Under the pieces are notes generated by a model. It did no database searches. It was not told where the DNA came from and worked only from the letters and a program-made list of their open reading frames with translations. The position numbers and the translations under genes were made by a program. This document shows, piece after piece, positions 12,908-24,100 of a DNA stretch of 64,000 nucleotides. Each line of letters begins with the position of its first letter. Position 1 is the first letter of the stretch. Source of the DNA: Bilabrum cf. latius (Eukaryota); the NCBI GenBank assembly GCA_965178125.1, contig OZ237746.1, positions 682,001-746,000 on the forward strand, written 5' to 3'.

Positions 12908-14845
12908 ATGTGCGTCGGGGGGTTGTTGGATGTGTGGCCCTGGTTGGCGAGGGTAGCACGCGACTTCAACCTGCCACACCTGCAGGTGGCGCTCAACCAG
13001 TGGGACCCGGCGGAGGAGGTCGGGGAAGGTGCGGCGGCAGGTGCCGGGGAGGCACCCCCTCTGCTGAACCCACTGCGAGGGCGCACCGCGCGCCTGAACT
13101 CCCTTGTGGACACTGTGATGACCGCAATCTCGAAGTACGGGAGACTCGTACAAGAGGGGAAGCAAGACAATTTCGGGATGGCTGGTTTCCCGAGTCCGTT
13201 GCTTCCACTTGTTCCGGAGGCTGACGTCCCCCCACGCTATGGTATGGTGTGGGACACAGCCCGCACTTCGGAACTCCTGGGCAGCCCAGCCGAGAAGGCA
13301 GCCCGTATGGAGCTGTGCGGTGGGGCCACTGAACCCTGGCGCCTGGAGGTGAAGGACCTTCGGGCATGGGTGACGAGGCAGCTGGCTGGGGAGCAGCCGG
13401 CACCCACCGCATCGCAGGCGGTTATTCGTTTTCTCGAAGGTGCCGCAGGAGGGCACAACCAGAGCCATGTGACGGCACTGGCTGAGCGAGTGCAGGTGGA
13501 GAGGCTCCTCTGGGATGCCTCATCTCCGCTTGCGCACGACAGACTCGCTCCAGTCGATGCAGTCACCAGAGAGTACGCAGGAGTGGCGCGAGCCACAATC
13601 CGCGCCGCCAGGTCCCAAGGAGCCGGGTCTTGGCTGCATGCGCCGCTCTCTGTCCTGAGCCGAGTCCAGCCTGAAGATGCCCGGGGCATGTTCTGCCAGC
13701 GCCTCGCCATCCCACAGCCGTGCAGCTGTCCCCCACAACCTCTTGGGGCAACGCACGGTGCATGTGGGGAGGCGTGGCGCGTCACGCAGATCTGCCCGGG
13801 GTGCCGGAAGCAGGGCAAGGTAGTCGAACTGATCTAGTCAGTTCGCCACGGTGCCACGTGCAAGGACAAGCGTGTCTGCGGAGGCCTTCCAGGCCGCAGG
13901 CACTTCCGGGTGCTCAACGTGCTCGAGCAGGTGGTCCGCGAGGCCACGGGCAGACGCCCTATCCGGGAGCCAGAGGGCCAAGTGGCCCGGCTGCCGGGTC
14001 GGCGCGGTCCGCTCGTGCCACGAGGCGACCTATTCTTTGAGCACGAGGGGACGGCTTATCTCATCGATGTCACGGTGGTTGATTCCACTGCGGCAACTTA
14101 CCGGTGGGACCGCTCGTCGTGGAGGATTGGCAGCGACTGGCAAGAGGGGTCTGCTCTGCGGGCCGCGCATGCCACGAAGCTGGCCAGCTACGGCAGGCCC
14201 GTCGACCTCGGAGCGCTCGGCGTCCGGATCGGAGGAGAAGACAAGTGGTGTCCTGGGACCGTGAGGACGCAGAAAGGGGCGGTACGCAGTGGCGTGCGGG
14301 TCGTACCCTTTGTGGTGGACGTGTTGGGGGGGATCGGGGAGAAGTCGGTCGAGTTCCTGTAGGTGCTCGATAAGCTGCGGAAGAAGAGGCAGGAGGACAA
14401 AGGGCGGCGGGTTCCGACTCGTCCGGCCAACGCGCGCCTCTCGTGGTCTTCCGTGGCAAAGGCTCGCCTCTCTGTTGCCGCCTAGCACCAGCACGTGCGC
14501 GGGGAACAGCGTGTGTACCACACTATGTACTCACGGGTCATGCAGGACCACTCAAGGATCCTCGATTTTGTCTCGAAGGGATCGAGGAGGGCTGCAGCGA
14601 AGGCCAAACGGGCGCTCGCAAGGGCGATCCGAGAGGACTTTGCCAGCCTGGCTGTAGGGGCAGCCGAAAACAACAACCTCGCCGTGGCGATCGCCAACGT
14701 CAAGGCAGGGTTGGCTCAGAACGGGCAGCAGGACGGGGTGCCGGCAGCGGGCGCCGGAGGGAACGTGAATGCTGACGCTCTCCATGGGGAAATGGGTCCC
14801 CAGGGTGGAGCTTAGGTGGTTTAGGCCATTGCAGCTGAAGCGTGA
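12908..14845 (+). mobile_element. 5'-truncated CRE-clade-like non-LTR retrotransposon ORF (CCHC zinc knuckle plus restriction-like endonuclease; RT absent)
   Basis: ORFs 12908, 13910 and 14495 share a frame joined by 5 TAGs and end at TGA 14843-14845. Motifs GAGSWL, CPGC-x-H-xxx-C, RH..V, REP, RGDL..IDVTVV, K.ASY, VPFVVDVLGGIG and RLSVAA(TAG)H match the C-terminal half of RLE-type non-LTR elements. No YxDD motif was seen. Confidence 0.8.
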
Positions 14846-15169
14846 AGTCTGGTAGGTCCCGGGCCCTCGTTCCAGATGTTTCTTCGTGATAGCGTGCGCT
14901 TTTGAGTTGAGTCCACAAAATATCAGATCCCCCCCCCCTGTAGGCAACATTTTGTGCGAACTGCACTTCCAAACTCCATTTGTTCTTGGTAGACGTGTAA
15001 GAGTATTGGCTGTTTCTGTAGCTATGTGCGCCAACTTGCAATCTACCACTAAAACATTCGTCAAACCTGCGACCATGCATATTCCGCCGCCTCAACGCTG
15101 TTGCTGCCGACGCTTCCTTCACTTGTTGCCTTGCAGACACGCGACAAGCTCCAGCTTGTGGGTCATTAA

Positions 15170-18100
15170 ATGCGAGTTTTGGCATGCCTGGCATGCCTCG
15201 CCGCTGCCGGTGCTTCTTCGATCGGTTCGCTCGCAACGCTCGCGACCCAACAGCTAGCCGAGCGGTCTGTGTCAATGTCGCACGCGTTTGAGCTCACCGA
15301 TGCACTTCTAGGGGGTTTAGTTTCCAACAGTTAGAAAGGTAGGTCATTGGCCGGTGGATCAACCGAGGACCTGCACAGACTAGCGCATGCTCGCCTTCGC
15401 ACAGTTCGGCACCTCGCCGCTGAGCCTGACCAGGCCAGCGATCTCATCCAGCTGCTTCGAACGAGCCACACGCGAATTCACGCTGCTCCAGAGCACCAGT
15501 AGTGGGATGGTGCGTCCGCCGTGCTGGAGAGAAGGCACGAGGGCCACGCTGCTTTCCCGATGGTGCACGCGTGCTTACCGTAGGAGCAAGAACCGGCGGT
15601 AGCGTGCTTACCCACCGCGCAAATCAGCCTGCAACTTGAAGGGGGGCATTCAAAGTACACGATGGTCCACGTGTCGGCACCCAGGGAGTCCCTGGATGCT
15701 CTCGCGAAGCTCAGCGGAAGTGACGTGCCGCTCAAGGTGCGTGGCTTTGTGATTCCCGGCACGCACGACAACGCGCCACCCGGGGATCAGGGCACCGATG
15801 ACGACACTCCAATTTTGGTCATGGAGCATTTCGAATCGACGGAGCATCACGAGAACGAAACGAGGATCGACCTATCGCTCGCCCCGGAGACCTTTGCGAC
15901 CAAGTCGGGCGCTGTTTTCCCGGGACGGGCCTCCCAGCATATGGGCGGAGGCGATGAAGAACCGCGCCCCCATGGCGGGGTTCATACACATCTCCTCCAG
16001 GGGACGCCAAACGCGCGGCGCCTGTTCCGCTACAGCGAGCCGGGCATCGACACCGGCGACCAGACGGTGGGCGTGGTTCTGCTCACCTGGCGGGACGCCG
16101 TGGAAAACCGGAACTACCGGTTCGCCAGCGACTCGGCGGCGCGGCAGCACATCAAGGAGGTCTGCGACAGGGTCACGAGCTACTGGAGGGATTGGTCCTA
16201 CGGGCGCCTGCGGGTTCCCAGCTGCAAGATCTACGGGCCGTTCGACATGGGCGACGTGCGGACAGACAACCGGAAAGGGGTGTACGGTCTCCTCTCGCAG
16301 CGCTTTCTGCAGTCCAGCTACAACCAGGAGGTGCAGCTGCTGGAGGAGCACACGTTCGCCATGTTCTGGAACGCGCCCAGGACGCTGGTGGGTGCCTCTG
16401 GGCTGGGCGCCTTAGGGGGCAGGACCTCTTGGTACAACGGAGTGTACTCGTTCCACTGGGGCGTGTTCGTGGTGGCGCACGAAGCGGGCCACAACTTTGG
16501 GTTTCATCACGCGTCGTACGCCGAGGCAGAGTATGGTGACTGCAGCGATGCCATGGGCGCCTGCGCCAGCCTCCCTTCGGACAGCCACCACTGCAACCAC
16601 AAGTTCTTCTCCAACTGGATCGACAGGGAACAACTGGCCATGGTAACTCAGGAGGGCCCCACGCCCGACTGTCCCTCCTGTCTTCCCGCTGGGCAGACCA
16701 TCCGCCTGGGACCTCAGGACATGCCCAGGCTCCCGCACCGACTCACCGACGACACGGCACCTGAGGACCTGGAGGCAGCGCGGGCCGAGGATTCCCTCGA
16801 CCTGTGCATCGCAGTGGCCCTCACACCCGACGGGTACAGGGCGCCTTCCTACTGGGCACGGCCCGAGACACCCTCGGGATTCTTCCGCGAGTGGCTGTGG
16901 ATCGGCACTAGGACCCAGGCGAACCAGGCGCAGCAGAGAGGTGTCGACCACCGTGGAGAGCTGCAGATGGTCACGCTTAGCTTCAGGGCGGTGCAGAGTA
17001 TCTCAAACTACATCAACACGGGGCTGGCGGAGGCTTCGGCCAGACGCTCGTTCGCTCCCAACGGCGTGCCTGTGGGCAGCGCGTACTTTTTCGATGGAAA
17101 CCCGTCGATTGAGGGGGCGCGGGAGAGCTACACGGGCCCGTACTTTGTGGTCTAGAACAAGGCCCAGAAGGGTTTTCCGCTGGACGCTTCGGCTGCTGTT
17201 GACAGAGACGGCGCGTATCCCGTGTCGGATGTGACGATTGAATACACGGACCGGTGGGGCGACAGCACCCACGGGATCGGCTGCAGCCTCTTCGCCTGCC
17301 AGGAATCGATCCGGGCAAGGCTGGAAGGCGCGCCGGTGCTGCCTGCCGACGCAAGCATCGACCGCGTGCTGTTTGCCACCCCGCTAGAGCACACGTTCAC
17401 GTGGAAGGTACAGCCGAGGCGGGAGGTGACCTTCGCCGTGACCACCTGCGGGGGTGTGACGAGCGAGGATGTGTCCGTTCGGCTGGCGCTCCACTCGGAA
17501 GACGCCCCCCCGATCGAGACGGTTGGGTACGGTGCCCCGGTCTACGCCCGCGCATCCCACAGGGGTGTTCCTTGCTCCTCCTCTGGGACAGGGAGAGATC
17601 ACGACGAGCTGCCTGCGGTGCAGCTGCAGGCTGGTGTCACGTACTTTCTGACGGTGGCTGTGCACGAAGCTGAGGACAGCATCCGGCCGGGGGAAGAGCA
17701 CGCCGTGCACCTGCGGTCCGCCTCCACCGAGCTGGCTTGCGGCTCCGTGTCTACACCCATCGGGATCATGAGGAGAGAGCCGGGCAGGATCTTGGGCAAG
17801 CCCCACTACAAGGAAATCGGGGGTTTCTCTACCATGCGGTACAACGGAGATGGGACGTGGAGCCTTTCCAAGGTGAGGAGCCCAGCTCTACCGCCCTCCG
17901 TGAGCACCATCCGGGCCGATTCGGTGTTCCAGGCAGGCGTCGTCTGCAGGTGTCCAGGGGACTCGGTGAGCGACTTCGAAGGGGACCGTGGATTCTGCGT
18001 GCCTTGCCCGGGGAACAGCACGGCCAAGGGGTACAGTGGCTCGCAGGAATCCTGCGTCGACACTACCACCAGCAGCAGCGGGGGTGGAACAGCACCGTCT

Positions 18101-21100
18101 GGGTCGCAGTCCATGGCGGGCGGTGGCACCGTCACGTCGACCGAGGCCTGCAGTGCAGTGCAGGTATCGGGGCTCAGCAATGACGGCTTGAACGGCAAGT
18201 ACGACCTGTTCAGCATCCCGCAGGACCAGAGCTTCCCCGTGTACAGGAAGATCTCCATGCTGGAGCACAAGGTGTACTACCTGTGGGGCCGGTTCGAGGA
18301 GGCCTCGAGGGCCACGCGGTGGTTCATCGGGGACACGCCCGGGGAGCTAGAGAGGATCGCGGCCGAGTGGATCGTGCCCGGCAGGGCGCCCCAGCCCCAG
18401 GCAGCCGCCACGGGCCTGGACTCGGAATCGAATCCCATCGCGGCAGGGGAGCGCGACTCCACGGCTCTGGACGAGGACAGCCCCCCGCCCATGGAGCCCC
18501 TGCCCGCCGGCCAGCAGCTGAGGGTGCAGTGCATCTGCCAGGAGGCGGTTCCCGGGGCGGGCTTCGGCCCATCCGGAGCCGGGTGCGTGTGTCCCGCGGG
18601 CACCGAACCTTCGGCGCCGAACTCCAACGAGGGTGGGCTGCAGATGGTGGCCGGCCTGGGCCAGTGCACAGCGTGCGGCGTGGACGAATTCGCCGCATTC
18701 GACGGTGTCAGGCCAGGGGAGTGCCAGGCGTGTCCCGTGGGTGACGGCGCTTTGGCCGGGTCCAATTCCGGCTCCGAGTCGTGCGACGTGCCGTCCTGTG
18801 CGGTGATGAGCATCGACTTCGGGGCGGGGCTGGGAAACCACTCGCGAACGTTCGATGGGGTGTACGAGCCCCACGCCCTGCCCGGCGTGGATGGCACGCA
18901 GAGCGCCTGGAAGATGCGCGGCGCCGGCGGTTCCGCAGTAGCGATCTGGCGCTCGGCTCGGGACGGCGAGTGGGTGGCCAGCCCCGATTTCGCGGCGTAT
19001 CAGGCGTTTCTGGAGGGAACTGCGGGTCACGAAGCGGCGTATCCCGTCCTGCGGTGCAGGATGGGAGGGGTGAGCCTGGCTGCAACATTCCAGGAAGCAG
19101 ACGACTGCTGGGTGCTGGAGGAGGCGCCGGCTGGGGAACAAGAGGACGACGACGGTCAGGGTGCGGGTGCTGGTGGCGTCAAGCTGACGGGCACCTCGCT
19201 GGCCTGCCTCTCCGCAGCGCCGGGGTTCTTCAAGCCGAACGGTACTGTGGTGGTGTCGTGCGGCGCCGCGCCCCCCGGCAGTGACGTGGACAGGCTGGGT
19301 TCCACAGAGGGGGCTACCAGCCAGGCCGAATGCGGGTGCCCCGAGGGAACCTTCGCTGACGCAGGGAACAACGGTGCGTGCGCGGCATGCGCGGCGGGCT
19401 CGTATTCGGCTTCGGTCGGCGCGAGCAGCTGCAGCAGCTGCCCAGCCGGCTCGTCCTCCCTGGCCGGTTCCGCCGTGTGCCACTGTGACGACGACGGGGA
19501 GACTTTCGATTCCGATTCCGGGTTGTGCGTGGACAAGGACCCTTGCGAGGCGGGAGGACCCGGGGATGTGTGCGAGCACGGGTGCGCGGTTGCAACCGGC
19601 GGTGGGTTCACGTGCGAGTGCCCCGCCGGGCAGCAGGCCTCGGGGGTGTGGCAGGCGTGCTCCACCTGCCCCCTTGGCACTTACTCGTCATCCTACGGCT
19701 CCGCGGGGTGCCAGGCATGCCCCGCGGGATCCGTTACGTTGGAGCCGGGGCAGTCGTCCGCTGAGAGCTGCACCTGCCGGCAGGGGCTTCGGCGGGACCC
19801 GGTGACGGGCGAGTGCGAAACACCAAACCGCGTGTATGTGTCAGTGCCGTCTTCTTCCTCGTCCGGGACTCGATCCAGGGAACAAGCGGCGGCGTCCCAC
19901 CTCGGAGGGTGGTACGTCAAACTGACCGTCGACGCAGCCAAAGCCGTGCTGGTGGCACAGGGGAGGCAGCCGCAGGCGGATGCGATCCAGAGGAATGCGC
20001 AGCATCCTCACGGCGGAGCATACGGCTACAACGGTCACCCCGTGTACGGTCAGGCGAGCTTCGCTTCGATGAACGGAACCTTCCTTGCCTACGAAGCGGC
20101 CGCGGAAGGCCGCACGGGCGTGTGGTCGATTCTGCATGGCTTGCCTTCGCACTCCACCTCGGCCCCTGGCGTGCGCGGCGCCTTCGCCGTGCTGAAAGGT
20201 TCCGCAGGTGCCAGCGAGCCCGCGAGCCAGGGAACACAGCGATGGGAGGTGTTCGAGCCTGCCACGGAGCGGTTCCAGCCCATCGCCGGCATGATGGCCC
20301 TGCAAACCTGCGCCCGGCTGGCAGCGTGCCCCGCGGCCCCTGCCATCGGCTTCACACCGGCCACAGCGGGTGCCAACGTGGTGAGGCTGGTGCGCCCGGG
20401 GAGCGCCGTCTGCCCCTCCACCGCCCGATTCGCCCACGCCATGGGCACCGTGCTCGAGCAAGTGCACGCGGTGCTGCACGGCGACGATTACGCGAGCCAG
20501 GGTGGGCCCCTGGTCCTGGACGCTTTGAGCGGGGCCGTGACCCAGACCCAGCTGTACGGGGTGATGGAGGCCGTGCTGGGCGGGTGGGAATCCGCGGGTG
20601 CCGTGCTGCTTCAGGCCTCGGACGATCCGATCGCGACGGTGACGCATCGCGCGGTGATCGCGCCGATGCTGGAGGGGTTGCGGCGGGCCCTCGAGGAAGG
20701 TTCGCAGGGAACCATCGCTGCGTGTCCCGCCGGTTCCGCGGTGATGCTGTCGGCACAGGCGGCCACGCGAGACGTGCTCGAGGCCGTCCATGCGGCAGCG
20801 TCGGGCGCGTATGCCTGCGATCCCGTGCTGGATTACGCAGCCCTGGCGGGACGTCTTGCCGATGTGACGAGTGCGATCGCGCTCGAAGCCGCGGGTTCGG
20901 ACACCCCAGAGGCCGACCGGTGCCCCGCTTTGGCCGCCTTCCATGCGAGCGTATCAGCCGCCATGACCGCCACCTCCGACTCCCTGGCTGCCAGGGCTGG
21001 CATTCGCCGTGCAGGGGACGACAAGGCCCAGCTGGAGGCCATGGACACGCTCTGCCTGGATCGGCCAGACGCGGGCGCCTCCTTCGGGATCGAGGGGGTG

Positions 21101-24100
21101 TACGGCGTGGCCTGCGGCGATCCGTCGGCCACGTTGGCCATCCGGGAGGAGATCTCCAGCGCGGTGGAGTGCATTGGGGTACGGTGCGGCGCCAACGGGC
21201 AGTGTCGGGCGGGCCAGTGCCAGTGTGACGAGGGCTACAGCGGCCTGTCCTGCGAGGTCGCGCCGGATCCGTGCGAAGGGGTCAGTTGCGGGTCGGGGGG
21301 ATAGTGCTTTGCGGGGCGGTGTGTGTGCGCTGCGGGATACCTGGGCCGGAGGTGTCAGATCGAGGAGTCCCGCATCAACCAAGAGGCTGCGGCCGCTTCG
21401 TGCGCGGGCGTGGACTGCGGCTCGAACGGTGACTGCCACGTGGGCAGCTGCTTCTGCCACGAGGGGTACTTCGGTCCCGCCTGCGAGCACGAGGTGAGCG
21501 ATGACACTCGGGTTGAGCTTGAGGACGGGTCGGTGGAGCTGACCGTGCACGTCCGGAGCTCCGATTTCGTGCGAGTGCAGAGGTACGCAGGGGACGTGGA
21601 ACGGCCCGGTGCCGTCACCAGCCTCCACACCCGTGCTCTGGACAGCAGCAACGTCCGTGATGTGGTGGGCATTGAGGTGCCGGGTGTGCGGCTGGAGGCA
21701 TGGTCCAGGATACAGAGCGTGCGGGTGGGCCTGTTGCAGGCACCTGGGTCAAGGACACCACCGGCGGGAAAGGGGGCTCCTGCCGTGGTGCGAGTGGCGG
21801 CGCATATCCTGCAGCCAAACGCCAGCGACTCGGTTGCGGTGGCCGCCGCGGATGCAGGTGCGTCGGTTCTGAACCAGGCCGCGAGCAGCCCGGGCGGACT
21901 TGCCGTTCCCTTGGTGCAGATGGGGGAGGCCTGTCATGGGGTGGAGTGGGCGATTCCCGAGTGGCCCAAGGACCACGGGTTCGGACGAGTGAGCACGCCG
22001 GAGCTCCGCAGTGCGGTGCAGCCCGCGCTGCAGCACCGTGAGTGGACCAACCAGAGCGCCTTGCTGCTTGTGTTCGAGCCCATTTCGGGTCAGGGAATCA
22101 GAGCTTTCCACACGACACCCATCGAGATCAAGATCAGGTACATGCCGCCCGTCCCCTGCAACGCAACGGCAGGTCCCGAGCAGTACAAGTGCCCCGCCAA
22201 CTGGCTCTATGACACCAGGCAATAGAGATGCGTCGCCGTCCGCAACGGGCAGTGTTCCGTGGGCAGGCTCAACACGACCACCCAGGAATGCTACGAGCCG
22301 AGTCTCGCCCCCGATTGTCCCGCGGGCCTGTACTACTCCGAGGAGCAGGGGGCGTGCGTCACCCGGTACCAGCGGGCCAGGTGCAGGCCGGGCTTCTTTA
22401 TCTCGGGGAGCAACCAGTGCAGGACACTGGCGGCTCTCGGGTATCCGCAGATGCCCCGGTGCCAGCAGGGCGAGAGCTACTACATCCCCGACACCAACGC
22501 TAGGATCAGGAGCTGCGTGACCGTGTGCGGTGGCAGCAGCGATTCTCGTCGCCTGTCCCTGCGGTCTGCAACCACGTCATTGCCTGGGCGTGGCATGGCC
22601 ATCGACGGCCCTGAAAGCTCTGCCGGTTCTACTCCTCCAGCTCCCAGCGATTTAGAAACCACACCCGCGCAAGCATCCAGGCAGGCCCAGGCCCAGGCCC
22701 AGGCCTAGGTGGATCAGAAGGAATAGGAGAGGGAGGAGCAGGAGGAGGAGGCGTCAACCAGTGTCGACGAAGAGCCCGCCGTGAGGGTGACGGCCACATC
22801 CAGGCATGGGTTTGAGGAGGTGCGTGAAACAATCGGAGCCGGTGGTGAGGCATCCGCACCGGCCGCTGCCTCGGCCAGCATCGAGATCGACCGGGACGCT
22901 GCCACCGTGGCCATACCAGCAGCCCTGCTGCAAGACGACGACGACGACGACGATGGCGAAAATCACAACCATGCCGCCTCAGGCAGCTCCCGCCACCGTC
23001 GGACCCAGGCGGGCGCTGGCACCACAAGCCCGCTGGAGCGCCTCACGGGCTCCAGCCAGCACGCCGACCAGTATCCCATCCCGATGCACCGGAACCCAGA
23101 CGCTGCGGTGGGGCACAAAACGTTTGCGGCCATTTTGGTGGACACCCCGGGCAATAGCTGGTACAACAACAGCTTGGGAAACGAGATCAACGTCACGGTC
23201 GAGACGGTCACCGCACACATGGAAGGCGTCATGACCGATTTCGCTGACGCTGTCAGGCTGTCATCCGGCGGCCGCATGACTGCCTCTGCCGATGTGCTGG
23301 GTCCGCTGGCGGTCCGGGCAGACGGCGGTCTCAACGGCTTCACCAACTGGTACTACGGCACGCTGCAGCCGAACAATCCCCAGGCGTTTCCCGAGGATCA
23401 CGAGGCCTGGTGGAACTACCCGCACGAGTTCAGCAAGGCCTTCTACAGGCAGCACGGACCCAGCTTCAACCTCTCCTTCGGGGACAGGTACACGGACCGT
23501 GAGTTGGACGAGGACGCCGCGTACGACTGGATCGTGCTCATCTTCCCCCCGGGGCAGTTCGACTCGGGCATGAACGAAAGGAACCAGTGGTTTCTTCGGT
23601 CCATGCGGGTAGATGCGGGCTACGTGGTCATCACCAACCAGCAGTCGAGCCACGACGTGCCGGATCGTCGCAGCATTTTCGGGTATTTCGGCAGAGAAGG
23701 CGTCGGGTCCATGCTCCCGTTCGTCAACGCAGGCGAGCTGATGAAGCTGTGGGGCCAGACCCTGGGCCTGTAGGGCGATTCCTGGAGGCACGAGGAACTG
23801 GGCCAGACCCTGCCATCCCCCATGAGCGTGATGGGAGGCAGCACCGCCCCGCGGGTGGATTCCGATTCCGGATCCATATCGGGGGGTGACTTGTCGGTTT
23901 GGGACAAGGTGCTCCTCAACTGGGAGAGTGTGGAGGACTCCAAGTTCGCCACTCTCGGGCCCCTGGCAGACTGCGGGGAGGGCAGGTGCGCCGGCCGGGT
24001 CAAGGCTAGGCTCGTGGTGCACGACGCCTACCAGCTCTCCCGCGCCGCGGCAGGCGCAGCCGCCAACGCGACGGCCGGGACAGCAGAGGCCGTTACCTCT

